From an uncultured Bacilli bacterium (GTDB taxonomy: Bacteria; Bacillota_I; Bacilli_A; RF39; UBA660): a stretch of DNA of 46,184 nucleotides. This document shows, one piece after another, positions 23,381-33,266 of the stretch; the first letter of the stretch is position 1, and every line of letters begins with the position of its first letter. The position numbers and the translations under genes are program-made. The notes under the pieces are model-generated. The model did no database searches. It worked only from the letters and a program-made list of their open reading frames with translations, and was not told the origin of the DNA. The DNA lies in the NCBI GenBank assembly GCA_947628915.1, contig CANRBR010000002.1, forward strand, positions 1 to 46,184, read 5' to 3'.

Positions 23381-25870
23381 TTATTTACCACAACAATTTT
23401 TGTATTTCTTACCAGACCCACAAGGGCATGGTTCATTTCTTCCTATTTTCTTAACTCTTTTAGGTGCAGCAGTTTTAGTCTTATCTTTTGTTTCGTTAGT
23501 AACGCCTTCTGCTACTTTCTTACGTTCACTATTTTGTCTTACTTCTGCTTTAAGTAAATAAGTAGTTGTTTGGGCATCTATCTTGGCAAGTAATTCATCA
23601 AATAATTCAAAACCTTCAGTTTTATACTCTCTAAGAGGATTGTTTTGGGCATAACTTCTTAAGTGAATTCCCTCTCTCAAATGAGCCATAGTATTGATGT
23701 GTTCCATCCAATGTGTATCTATAACTCTTAAAGTAATTGCTTTTTCAAATTCATTTGTTACTTCTTCAGGTATCTTCTTTATCTTTTCTTCATATTCTAA
23801 AGATAATCTTTCATATAAGTAATCTACTATCTCTTCAGAACTCTTATATTCTATTTCATCAAATGTAACTTTATGTTTTAATAAATCGTTAATAGTTTCT
23901 AATATCTCCGATTTATCATTTCTACTCAAATTATCGTTTTCGTCAAAGTGTGAATAAACTACATCACTTACATAATTTCTAAAGGTTTCTAAAGTAGATT
24001 CGTGTATTGATTCCATATCAAGTATTTGATTTCTCTTATCATAGATAATATTTCTTTGTTCGTTTATAACATCATCGTATTCAAGTAAAGTCTTTCTCAT
24101 ATCGAAGTTATTTCCTTCAACTCTTTTTTGAGCAGATTCTATTGAATTAGATAACATTTTATTTCTAATTGATACATCTTCACTAAATCCAACTCTTTGA
24201 AGCATTAATTTAGCCCTATCAGTACCAAATCTTACCATTAAGTCATCTTCAAATGATACGCAGAACTGACTCTCTCCCGGATCTCCTTGACGCCCCGAAC
24301 GACCTCTCAACTGATTATCTATACGTCTTGATTCATGTCTTTCAGTACCGATTACAAATAATCCTCCGAGTGCTTTTACATCATCAGTTAATTTAATATC
24401 TGTACCACGTCCAGCCATATTGGTTGCTATTGTAACTGCACCTTTTTCACCAGCTTTAGCAATTATCTCTGCTTCTCTTGCATGGTTTTTAGCATTTAAT
24501 ACTTCGTGTGGTATTCTCATTTTCTTAAGTCTTTCACTTATAAGTTCACTAGTTTCAACTGCTATTGTACCAACTAAAACTGGTTGCCCTGTTGCGTGGC
24601 GTTCTTTTATTTCGTTTACTATTGCTTTATACTTACCTTCTTTAGTTGCAAATAACAAATCTCCATAATCTTTACGAATAACAGGTTTATTAGTTGGAAC
24701 TTGTATAACATACATGTTATATATATCCCTAAACTCTTCTTCTTCTGTTTTAGCAGTACCTGTCATTCCTGATAGTTTTTTATACATTCTAAATAAGTTT
24801 TGGAATGTTATAGTAGCTAAAGTTTTAGTCTCTTCATTTATTGTTACTCCTTCTTTAGCCTCTATTGCTTGGTGCAGACCATCTGAATAAGCACGACCTT
24901 GCATAAGTCTTCCTGTAAATGGGTCAACTATTACTATCTTACCATCGTTTACTACATAATCTACATCTAGTTTCATCGCATAGTTTGCCTTTAATGCTTG
25001 ATTTATAAAGTGAACTAAATTAGTATGACTTATATCGTATAAGTTGTCAACACCAAAAGCCTTCTCTGCTTTTTCTATACCTGTTTGGTCTAGTGAGACT
25101 GCTTTAGTCTTTTCATCGTATATATATCCTTCATTTTCTTTTAGACTTTTAGCAAATTTATCTGTTTGCATATATAAATTAGCAGACTTCATAAATCCAC
25201 CTGATATAATAAGTGGTGTTCTTGCCTCATCTATTAATACTGAGTCTACCTCATCAATAATTGCAAAATTATATGGTCTAGCAACTCTATCTGATGCTTT
25301 TACTACCATGTTATCTCTTAGATAGTCAAAACCTATTTCATTATTAGTTGAATATAAGATATCACAGTTATATTGCTCTTTCTTTTCACTTGGAGTAAGT
25401 TCTCTTAAGTTTACTCCAACAGTAAGTCCTAAAAATCTATATATTTCACCCATCCAGTTTGCATCACGGTTAGCTAGGTATTCATTAACTGTAATTATAT
25501 GTACACCCTCACCAGTTAGCGCGTTTAAATAAGCAGGCATTGTTGAAGTTAATGTTTTACCTTCACCTGTTTTCATCTCGGCAATATTACCATAATGTAT
25601 TGCAAGACCACCTAGTATTTGTACATAGAATGGTTTTTCTCCAATAACACGGTAAGCTGCTTCTCTTGCAGTCGCAAATGCCTCTACTTTTATATCTTCT
25701 AGAGTCTCTCCATTTGCAAGTCTTTCTTTAAATTCTTTAGTTTTATCCTTTAATTTTTTATCAGATAATTTAGAGTACTCTTCATCTAAAGCAATTACTT
25801 CATCAGCAATCTTTTTAAACTTTTCTAACTCTTTATTTTCATGATTAAATAAGTTTTTAAATAATCCCAT
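23381..25870 (-). CDS. secA: Preprotein translocase ATPase SecA
   Basis: 829-aa ORF with Walker A MKTGEGKT, the [19 protein letters not shown] motif and the C-terminal SEC-C zinc motif [15 protein letters not shown]. Confidence 0.98.
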   Translation of the reverse strand: [829 protein letters not shown]

Positions 25871-25933
25871 GTCTCATTCTCCTTTGTATACATATCTATT
25901 TTATCAAAAAACTTTACAAAATAATAGTGATTT

Positions 25934-25962
25934 TGAAAAAAATAGGCAGTAAAACCTATTTT
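25934..25962 (-). terminator. Putative terminator overlapping the hpf stop
   Basis: Stem AAAAUAGG/CCUAUUUU followed by a U-run on the minus strand. Confidence 0.45.
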
Positions 25963-26483
25963 ATTTCAAGTATTCCATAATCTCCGTCTTTTCTTTTATA
26001 TAAAACTTCTACTTCTTTAGTATCAACATTTCTAAAAGCGAAGAATTCGTGACCTAAAAGTTCCATTTGAAGTATTGCTTCTTCTTCGTTCATAGGTTTA
26101 TCTTCTATTGTTTTTCTTTTTACGATTACTCTATCATTTTCTTCTTTCTCTTCAAAATCCAAAGCGAAACCTCTAATAGCATCTTTATTTATGTGCTTTT
26201 TCATTCTAGTTTTATTTTTTCTTATCTGTCTTTCTATTTTATCGGATACTTTATCTATTGAAGCATATAAATCTTTATTAGACTCTTCTCCTCTTAAGAT
26301 AAATTTATTTGCGTTTATTGTAACTTCAACAACTTGCTCATTACCTCTTAATTTAATAAGAGCAGTCGCTGTTATATCATCTGGATTCTCAAAATATTTA
26401 TCTAATCTCCCTATTTTTTCTTCTATGTACTTCTTTATTGATTCAGTTACATCTAACTTTTTTCCATGAATATTAAATTTCAT
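25956..26483 (-). CDS. hpf: Ribosome hibernation promoting factor, long form
   Basis: MKFNIHGKKLDVTESIKKYIEEKIGRLDKYF plus a C-terminal dimerisation domain (MNEEEAILQMELLGHEFFAFRN). Start set at 26483 rather than the track start at 26516. Confidence 0.9.
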   Translation of the reverse strand: MKFNIHGKKLDVTESIKKYIEEKIGRLDKYFENPDDITATALIKLRGNEQVVEVTINANKFILRGEESNKDLYASIDKVSDKIERQIRKNKTRMKKHINKDAIRGFALDFEEKEENDRVIVKRKTIEDKPMNEEEAILQMELLGHEFFAFRNVDTKEVEVLYKRKDGDYGILEIK

Positions 26484-26553
26484 AGTATCATCCTTTCTAT
26501 AAATATTATAACACACTTTATAAGTAATTTATGTGAAAAAAAAGAAAAAACTA

Positions 26554-26769
26554 CTAAACTAAAGCAGTTTTTATTTCTATTACATTTTTTGCTTGTAAAC
26601 CTTTATCAGTTCTCACTAAATCAAATTTAACATATTGGCCTTCTACTAAAGTTTTATAACCCTCAGATAGAATAGCTGAATAATGAACAAATATATCTTC
26701 TTGCTCACTATATTCAATAAATCCAAACCCTTTTTCGTTATTGAACCACTTTACTTTGCCAGTAATCAC
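26554..26769 (-). CDS. Cold-shock protein (CspA family)
   Basis: [15 protein letters not shown] (RNP1) and DIFVHYS (RNP2). A GTG at 26769 lies 9 nt after AGGGAG, whereas the ATG at 26778 abuts the SD directly, so GTG is favoured. The track start at 26838 is an artefactual extension. Confidence 0.85.
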   Translation of the reverse strand: MITGKVKWFNNEKGFGFIEYSEQEDIFVHYSAILSEGYKTLVEGQYVKFDLVRTDKGLQAKNVIEIKTALV

Positions 26770-27016
26770 GAAACACATCTCCCTTCTAGTTCTTGTTGAC
26801 AATTTAAGTATACCATCTAAATATAAGTTTAGGCACACTTATCGCTCCCAAAAGTTCGACATACTTCGCCAATGTTGTAACAAAGAATTGCATATCTTTA
26901 GAAAGCATTCTAATTCTATCATAAATAATACACCTTAAAAAGCAAATTTGTTTGAAGTGCAGATTTTTGTGTTTAAAATCAAAATGTACGCAAAGCATAA
27001 AATCACATTAAAATTT

Positions 27017-27050
27017 ATTAAACATTCAAACAAGTAATTAAAACATGTTC
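27017..27050 (+). promoter_or_regulatory. Candidate LytTR-type direct repeats upstream of agrB
   Basis: ATTAAACAT (27017..27025) and ATTAAAACAT (27037..27046), with the ACAT cores exactly 21 bp apart. They abut a weak -35 (TTTTAA) placed 17 nt from TATAAT (27076..27081). Confidence 0.3.
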
Positions 27051-27112
27051 TATTTTAATATGCAAATTTAAATATTATAATTTGTACTGTGAGCATAAAG
27101 GGGTAGTGTGTT

Positions 27113-27730
27113 ATGAAAAAATATGTAATTACTAAGTGTATGAATTACATTAAAAAAAATACAAATTATAATGACACTAAGCTAAAAGAAATTGAATATG
27201 GGCTCATTGGAATATACTTAGTATTTTCTAAAATGATTGTAATTTTTTCTATATCATTTTTACTTGGAATATTTAAAGAAATGATTATATTCACAGCACT
27301 CTATAATTTACTTAGAATGCCTTCATTTGGCTTGCACGCAACAAAAAGTTGGATTTGTTTAATGTCATCGATTGGTTTATTTATAATAATACCATATATA
27401 TGCTTATATATACACATTCCTATATTTGTAAAAGTTATTATCGGAATAACTTGCATATATCTAATGTATAAAAATAGTCCAGCTGATACCGAAAAAAAAC
27501 CTATTGTCAATAAAAAAAGGAGAGAAGTTTATAAAACAATATCAACATTAATAGTAATTATATATAGTTTTATTTCAATATTTATAAATAACAATTTTAT
27601 TTGTAATTGTTTAATATTTACAATAATAATTCAAAATTTTATGATTTCTCCTTTTGCATATAAGTTATTTAAATTACCCTACAATAATTATATAAGTTTT
27701 TTAAAAAATCATCCAAATTTTACAGATTAA
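27113..27730 (+). CDS. agrB: Accessory gene regulator B (AgrD-processing membrane peptidase)
   Basis: 205-aa polytopic ORF. RMPSFGLHATKSWICL has His and Cys 7 residues apart, as for the catalytic H77/C84 of S. aureus AgrB. It is followed by an agrD-like ORF. Confidence 0.85.
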   Translation: MKKYVITKCMNYIKKNTNYNDTKLKEIEYGLIGIYLVFSKMIVIFSISFLLGIFKEMIIFTALYNLLRMPSFGLHATKSWICLMSSIGLFIIIPYICLYIHIPIFVKVIIGITCIYLMYKNSPADTEKKPIVNKKRREVYKTISTLIVIIYSFISIFINNNFICNCLIFTIIIQNFMISPFAYKLFKLPYNNYISFLKNHPNFTD

Positions 27731-27786
27731 ATTGGTTTAAACTTTTTAAAAGTTTAAATATAAAAGAATAGGAAGGAGGCAGTAAA

Positions 27787-27903
27787 ATGTTTTTTGCAAA
27801 TTTATTAGCCGCTTTAGGATTAGGTTCTGCTAATACAGGAAGTCAAGCTTGTTTATTTATGTGGTTTGATGAAGAACAATGTCCTGAATCATTAATAAAA
27901 TAA
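27787..27903 (+). CDS. agrD: AgrD-like autoinducing peptide precursor (38 aa)
   Basis: Not in the ORF track. SD GGAAGGAGG lies 8 nt upstream. Translation: MFFANLLAALGLGSANTGSQACLFMWFDEEQCPESLIK. It has an amphipathic leader, a Cys-containing core, and a DE...P..L tail aligning with DEVEVPKEL of S. aureus AgrD. Confidence 0.7.
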   Translation: MFFANLLAALGLGSANTGSQACLFMWFDEEQCPESLIK

Positions 27904-27906
27904 TTG

Positions 27907-27935
27907 AAAATCACATCATTTTTTGATGTGATTTT
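27907..27935. terminator. Bidirectional terminator shared by agrBD (+) and the kinase/regulator genes (-)
   Basis: 12-bp stem AAAATCACATCA/TGATGTGATTTT with a 5-nt loop and T-rich flanks in both orientations. It overlaps the kinase stop codon. Confidence 0.65.
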
Positions 27936-29235
27936 TGTATTTTATTACTAATACTTGGCTAAAAACTCTTTTGCTTATTTCAGTTTTATTCTCAAATATA
28001 GAATTATTATTTACAATATTTTGAACTAAAGGCAATCCATATCCATGACCTTTACCCTTAGTTGTATAACCCGCATTATTAATCTTTGAAATATCAACAT
28101 TACCTTCGTAGTTATTTGAAACTTTAATACATAGTGATTGATCTTCAACATATAAAGAAATGTCAATGTTCTTACGCTTTAATTTTTTAACTGCCTCAAT
28201 TGAGTTATCTATAAAAACTCCTATAATTTTGCATATGTCTATAATAGTATCTGTGTCCAATTCAATTAAATCAACACTTCTAATATTTCTATCCATATTC
28301 AACGAATAATTAATATTATTTTCTTTTATTTTCAATATCTCTGAATATATTGTAGCCCTAAGACCTCCTGAAGGTATTGAACTTACATCAAATAAAAGTT
28401 TTTCATCATCTAAATACTTATCTTCTATGATTGAATCAATATACTTTGGTATATCTTTATCACCATTTATTACCATAGCTCTAACCGTTAATAGTAAATT
28501 CTTATTTTCATGATTAGCAACTCTATATTTTGTCATCATATCTTCGTAATCATTTAAACTTTTTATAGCAATATTATACTTGTTTGAAACTTTATTATAT
28601 TTATTTTGCGTTTTAAAAGAATAAAAAATTATAAATAAAACGAAAAAAGTTATAGCAACATTAAACATAAGAATATATTCAATTTTTACTTCTGTATAGG
28701 TCCAATATAATGCCATATTTAGTATAAGCATCCCAACTGTACAAAACAGTCCTAATTGAATAGGATTAATCTTATCTGTAGCTTTTAATAAACTATTATA
28801 TATTTTTTTAATAAATTTAAATCTGATAAATATAAGTAATAAAATAGATATAACAATATTTGTGGCAAAATTTCCTAATATGGTATCAACTGTTTTATTT
28901 GCTTCGTTACCAAATAATAAAAACAAAATTATGGCATATAAAAATTCTGCTACAAAGATTAATAATTGAACAAAAATTGGCGTTATAATTGTCTTATTTA
29001 GTTTTTCTCTAAATAAATATTGGAAAAATATTATTAAAATTATAGTAACTACTGCAATTCTTATAAATTTGTTAATTATAAAATAATTTGCTATTGATAC
29101 TGGTAACATGACTAATAAGGTTATATACAACCTATAACATTTAAAATCTATTTTTTTATTTAATAAGATATGCCATGCATATATAACTGTTAATGTTATT
29201 ATAAAAAAATAAATAAAAATTAAACCTTTATCCAT
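27916..29235 (-). CDS. AgrC-like sensor histidine kinase (polytopic sensor plus GHKL ATPase)
   Basis: 439-aa ORF with ~6 N-terminal TM helices, an ANHENKN H-box-like region, an N-box IIDNSIEA and the G-box GYTTKGKGHGYGL. Confidence 0.8.
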   Translation of the reverse strand: MDKGLIFIYFFIITLTVIYAWHILLNKKIDFKCYRLYITLLVMLPVSIANYFIINKFIRIAVVTIILIIFFQYLFREKLNKTIITPIFVQLLIFVAEFLYAIILFLLFGNEANKTVDTILGNFATNIVISILLLIFIRFKFIKKIYNSLLKATDKINPIQLGLFCTVGMLILNMALYWTYTEVKIEYILMFNVAITFFVLFIIFYSFKTQNKYNKVSNKYNIAIKSLNDYEDMMTKYRVANHENKNLLLTVRAMVINGDKDIPKYIDSIIEDKYLDDEKLLFDVSSIPSGGLRATIYSEILKIKENNINYSLNMDRNIRSVDLIELDTDTIIDICKIIGVFIDNSIEAVKKLKRKNIDISLYVEDQSLCIKVSNNYEGNVDISKINNAGYTTKGKGHGYGLPLVQNIVNNNSIFENKTEISKRVFSQVLVIKYKNHIKK

Positions 29236-29238
29236 GAA

Positions 29239-29940
29239 CTAATTCAACACCCTTCTATATTTATCAGAAAGTAAATCTATTTCCTCACCATTATCAAATA
29301 ATATTGTTTTTTCGGCTTTATCTATTTTAACTTTTCTATCAGAATTAATATAACACGCCCTATGAGTTTGTATAAATCTATCATCTAACATATCTATAAT
29401 TTTAGTTAAAGACAAATTTACTTTAAATTCAGTATAATCAGTTTTTATTACTGTTTTTCTCTCGAAACTATCTTTTGTAATATAAAGTATATCATTAATG
29501 TTTATAGTATATAAAACATTTCTATCCATAAATCTTATTGTATTCTTTTTATTAAGCAAGTCTAATGCTTTTTCTAATGATTTATTTAATCTTTTTTCAC
29601 AGTTATCAAATTTATTAATAAATGATAAAAACATCAAATCATCTTTTAATACAACGTTACCTAATTCTTCGTGAGCAGTTAGAAATATAATAACACTATC
29701 TATATCTTTTCTTCTAATTTCTCTTGCAACATCTATACCAGATTTAGTTGGCGTTTCTATATCTAGTAAGTAGATTTTAAAAGGCATTTTAGTATCTACT
29801 TTCTCATAAAAGGATTTATTAAAATCATTAAAAGCATATATAGAATATTCTTTCCTGTTTTTATCCATAAATGCTTTAACCATTCTTTTAAAATTGTTTC
29901 TATCTTTTTCGTTATCATCACAAATTATTACATTAATCAT
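29239..29940 (-). CDS. LytTR-family response regulator (AgrA-like)
   Basis: Receiver domain MINVIICDDNEKD...LLDIETP plus a C-terminal LytTR domain (ILYITKD...FIQTHRACYIN). Start set at 29940 (SD AGGAGA) rather than the track start at 29979. Confidence 0.85.
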   Translation of the reverse strand: MINVIICDDNEKDRNNFKRMVKAFMDKNRKEYSIYAFNDFNKSFYEKVDTKMPFKIYLLDIETPTKSGIDVAREIRRKDIDSVIIFLTAHEELGNVVLKDDLMFLSFINKFDNCEKRLNKSLEKALDLLNKKNTIRFMDRNVLYTININDILYITKDSFERKTVIKTDYTEFKVNLSLTKIIDMLDDRFIQTHRACYINSDRKVKIDKAEKTILFDNGEEIDLLSDKYRRVLN

Positions 29941-30029
29941 ACAATCATCTCCTATTATTTTACAGTTAAATAATACCACATTTGCCCTTTATTTACAATA
30001 GTTTCTGCCAAGTATAGATTATTTGTAAA

Positions 30030-30057
30030 ATAAAAAGACGCTGCTAGGCAGCATCTT
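30030..30057 (-). terminator. Intrinsic terminator of the alpha operon, overlapping the rplQ stop
   Basis: 10-bp GC-containing stem AAGAUGCUGC/GCAGCGUCUU with a 3-nt loop, followed by a U5 run on the minus strand. Confidence 0.8.
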
Positions 30058-30400
30058 CCTCAACTAACTCTAAAATTACCATTAAAGCATCATCTCCACG
30101 ACGTTCAGCAAGTTTCAAAATTCTTGTGTACCCACCGTTACGTTTAGCATAACGAGGAGCTAGTTCATCAAAAACTTTTTTTACTGCAACTGTATCGTTG
30201 TGCATGAAAGCTAATGCTTTTCTTCTTGCTACTAAAGATCCATCTTTACCATAAGAAATCATTTTATCAACAAATTTACGAACTTCTTTAGCTCTAGTTT
30301 CAGTTGTTTCGATTCTTTCTTTCATGATTACGTCTTTAGTTAAATTAGCAAGCATACTTCTTCTATGTTTATTAGTACGTCCTAATTTTCTATAAGCCAT
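30044..30400 (-). CDS. rplQ: 50S ribosomal protein L17
   Basis: [20 protein letters not shown]... is canonical L17. Last gene of the alpha operon. Confidence 0.97.
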   Translation of the reverse strand: MAYRKLGRTNKHRRSMLANLTKDVIMKERIETTETRAKEVRKFVDKMISYGKDGSLVARRKALAFMHNDTVAVKKVFDELAPRYAKRNGGYTRILKLAERRGDDALMVILELVEEDAA

Positions 30401-30417
30401 AATATTCCTCCTAACTA

Positions 30418-31368
30418 TTAATCGTCTTCGCGGAATCTAAGTCCCATATCTTTAATCTTATCGATTACTTCTTTTAAAGACTTTTTACCTAAGTTACGTA
30501 TTTTCATCATTTCAACTTCAGATTTAGCAGTTAAATCTCCAAGTGTATTAACACCTGCTCTTTTTAAGCAATTGTATGCTCTAACAGAGAAATCTAAATC
30601 GTCTATTGAAGTCTCTAATTTTTTAAGTTTGCTATCCTCTTGTTTTGCATTCATTATTCCTGTAACATCAGCTATTTCACTTAAGTCAGTAACAATATTT
30701 AAATGTTCAATCATTATTTTAGCAGCTAAAGCCATAGCCTCTTCTGGTCTAATTGAACCATTTGTAAATACTTCCATAATTAACTTATCATAACTAGCAT
30801 CTTGTCCAACACGAGCGTTATCAATTTCATAACTAACTCTTTCAATTGGTGAATAAAGTGCATCAATTGGAATGAATCCAACTTTTTGATTCTCGATATA
30901 TTTTTTGTTTTCATTTGAAGGTACATATCCTCTACCATTAGCAACTATTAATTCCATATCAAGTTTACCACCTTTAGCAATTGTTGCTATTACTTGATCT
31001 TTATTAATAATTTCTACATCTGGATTTTCATCTATATCCCTAGCAGTTACAACACCTTCTTTATCAGAATATAATTTTAATATTACCTCATCTTCAGTAT
31101 TGTTTTTAACAACAATATTTTTAAGATTTAAAACGATTGCTGTAACATCTTCTACTATACCATCCATAGTTTGGAATTCATGCATAACTCCATCTATTTT
31201 AACTGCAACGATTGCACTACCAGGCATACTAGATAACATAATTCTTCTAAGTGCATTTCCTAAAGTTGTACCAAAACCTCTCTCTAAAGGTTCTAATTCA
31301 AATTTACCATAACTTTTGTCTTCTACATATTCAGTTATTTTATATGTAGGTTTTTCAAAATTTAACAT
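30418..31368 (-). CDS. rpoA: DNA-directed RNA polymerase subunit alpha
   Basis: MLNFEKP...[17 protein letters not shown] and the C-terminal domain [24 protein letters not shown]. Start at 31368 (SD GGAGGA). The track's extension to 31416 overlaps rpsK. Confidence 0.97.
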   Translation of the reverse strand: MLNFEKPTYKITEYVEDKSYGKFELEPLERGFGTTLGNALRRIMLSSMPGSAIVAVKIDGVMHEFQTMDGIVEDVTAIVLNLKNIVVKNNTEDEVILKLYSDKEGVVTARDIDENPDVEIINKDQVIATIAKGGKLDMELIVANGRGYVPSNENKKYIENQKVGFIPIDALYSPIERVSYEIDNARVGQDASYDKLIMEVFTNGSIRPEEAMALAAKIMIEHLNIVTDLSEIADVTGIMNAKQEDSKLKKLETSIDDLDFSVRAYNCLKRAGVNTLGDLTAKSEVEMMKIRNLGKKSLKEVIDKIKDMGLRFREDD

Positions 31369-31385
31369 AAATTCATTCCTCCTTC

Positions 31386-31769
31386 TTATCCACGTGGACG
31401 TTTTGGTGGACGACATCCATTATGTGGTATAGGTGTAACATCAGATATAGATGTAATTTCTAAACCTGCTGTTTGAAGTGAACGGATTGCTGTTTCTTTA
31501 CCTGATCCTAAACCTTTTACATAAACTTCAACTTTTCTCATTCCCATATCGTAAGCTGCTTTACCTGCTGCTTCAGCACTCATTCCAGCTGCGAATGGAG
31601 TTGACTTTTTGCTTCCTTTGAAACCTAAAGTTCCAGCAGATGCCCAACTTATTGCGTTACCATCGTTATCACATAAAGTTACGATTGTATTGTTGAATGT
31701 TGAGTGAATGTATGCTTTACCTTCTGGTATATTCTTCTTAACTTTTCTTTTTCTTGATTTATAAGCCAT
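31386..31769 (-). CDS. rpsK: 30S ribosomal protein S11
   Basis: [30 protein letters not shown] and C-terminus [15 protein letters not shown]. Confidence 0.97.
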   Translation of the reverse strand: MAYKSRKRKVKKNIPEGKAYIHSTFNNTIVTLCDNDGNAISWASAGTLGFKGSKKSTPFAAGMSAEAAGKAAYDMGMRKVEVYVKGLGSGKETAIRSLQTAGLEITSISDVTPIPHNGCRPPKRPRG

Positions 31770-31792
31770 AATTTATCCTCCTTTAATCACAA

Positions 31793-32158
31793 CTATTTTT
31801 TCTTGTTAGCAACTACTTTACCTCTACCCTTACGAGTACGAGCGTTTCTGTTAGTTCTTTGTCCTCTTACAGGTAAACCTTTTTTGTGACGAGTTCCTTG
31901 ATATGAGTTAATTTCCATCTTAGTTTTGATGTTCATATTAACCTCACGACGTAAATCTCCTTCAGTTGTATATTTATTAACTTCATCACGAATAGCGTTT
32001 AATTCATCATTTGTAAGTTCTCCAGCTCTTTTATCTGGATTTACTTTTGCGTCTTTTAAAATTTTATTTGAAAGACTTCTTCCAATTCCAAATACATAAG
32101 TAAGTGAAATCTCAATTCTTTTATTATTTGGTATATCTACACCTTTAATACGTGCCAT
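31793..32158 (-). CDS. rpsM: 30S ribosomal protein S13
   Basis: [26 protein letters not shown] is canonical S13. Confidence 0.97.
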   Translation of the reverse strand: MARIKGVDIPNNKRIEISLTYVFGIGRSLSNKILKDAKVNPDKRAGELTNDELNAIRDEVNKYTTEGDLRREVNMNIKTKMEINSYQGTRHKKGLPVRGQRTNRNARTRKGRGKVVANKKK

Positions 32159-32172
32159 TAAAACACCTCCTA

Positions 32173-32298
<126 letters not shown>

Positions 32299-32514
32299 CT
32301 ATTTTCTGTAGGTTATACGACCACGTGTTAAATCGTATGTTGATAACTCAACCATTACTGTATCACCAGCTAAAATTCGAATCATGTTCATTCGCATTTT
32401 ACCCGAAACGTGTGCCGTAATTACATGTTTGTTTGCTAGTTCTACTTTAAATACGTAGCCTGGCAATACTTCTAATACTTTTCCTTCCATTTCGATTACA
32501 TCGTCTTTTGCCAC
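32299..32514 (-). CDS. infA: Translation initiation factor IF-1
   Basis: [19 protein letters not shown]...[14 protein letters not shown]...[10 protein letters not shown]. Confidence 0.97.
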   Translation of the reverse strand: MAKDDVIEMEGKVLEVLPGYVFKVELANKHVITAHVSGKMRMNMIRILAGDTVMVELSTYDLTRGRITYRK

Positions 32515-32518
32515 TATT

Positions 32519-33265
32519 TCACCTCTTTGTTAATATTTCATACCCATCTTTGGTAATTAATACTGTATGTTCAAAGTGAGCAGATGGTAAATTGTCAGCA
32601 GTAACTACTGTCCAATCGTCATCTTCTAAGTATACATTTCTAGTACCTAAATTAATCATAGGTTCTATTGCAATAACCATTCCTTCTTTTAAGATAGGTC
32701 CAGTATTTTTCTTTCCATAGTTTGGAACGTCAGGGTCTTCGTGAAGGTTGTTTCCAACACCATGACCTACTAGTTCTCTTACTACTCCTAAATTATGAGA
32801 TTCGGCATATGTCTGTACCGCCTCTCCTATATCACCTATATGAGCACCTGCTTTTACCACTTTTAGTCCTTCATAAAGAGACTGTTCTGTGTGTTTTAAA
32901 AGATATTTTTTCTCATCTGATATATTTCCAACAGGGTATGTCCAAGCACTATCGCCGTGATACCCCTTATAACAAGCACATATATCTAGAGTAACTATAT
33001 CTCCATCGCACAACTTTCTTTTACCAGGTATACCGTGTACTACTTCTTCATTAATAGAAATGCAGATATTTCCAGGGTAACCATCGTAGTGGTAACAAGA
33101 AGGGGTTGCTCCTCTTTTGATGATATAATCGCGAGCTAGTGAATCTATTTCTTTAGTAGTTATTCCAGGTTTTAAATATGGAATTAGATATTTATGTGTA
33201 TCTCCTACTATTTCACCAGCTACACGCATAAGTTCTATCTCTCTTGGAGTTTTAATGTTAATCAT
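32519..33265 (-). CDS. map: Methionine aminopeptidase type I
   Basis: 248-aa ORF with metal ligands in the VHGIP, DIVTLDI, GHGVG, IEP and EHTV contexts. Confidence 0.95.
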   Translation of the reverse strand: MINIKTPREIELMRVAGEIVGDTHKYLIPYLKPGITTKEIDSLARDYIIKRGATPSCYHYDGYPGNICISINEEVVHGIPGKRKLCDGDIVTLDICACYKGYHGDSAWTYPVGNISDEKKYLLKHTEQSLYEGLKVVKAGAHIGDIGEAVQTYAESHNLGVVRELVGHGVGNNLHEDPDVPNYGKKNTGPILKEGMVIAIEPMINLGTRNVYLEDDDWTVVTADNLPSAHFEHTVLITKDGYEILTKR

Positions 33266-33266
33266 T

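Noticed and set aside
26741-26998. ORFs 26741..26938 (+) and 26804..26998 (-) upstream of csp.
   Set aside because: They lie in what is most likely the long csp 5'UTR and promoter region, with no SD and no recognisable sequence. I also failed to place a convincing -35/-10 pair here: TTGCTT and TAGAAT are 21 nt apart, so no promoter is called.
29962-29970. ACAGTTAAA upstream of the LytTR regulator gene, an 8/9 match to the S. aureus AgrA half-site ACAGTTAAG.
   Set aside because: It is a single copy with no partner at 21-bp phasing, and it lies between the likely promoter and the SD. This is easily a chance match in AT-rich DNA.
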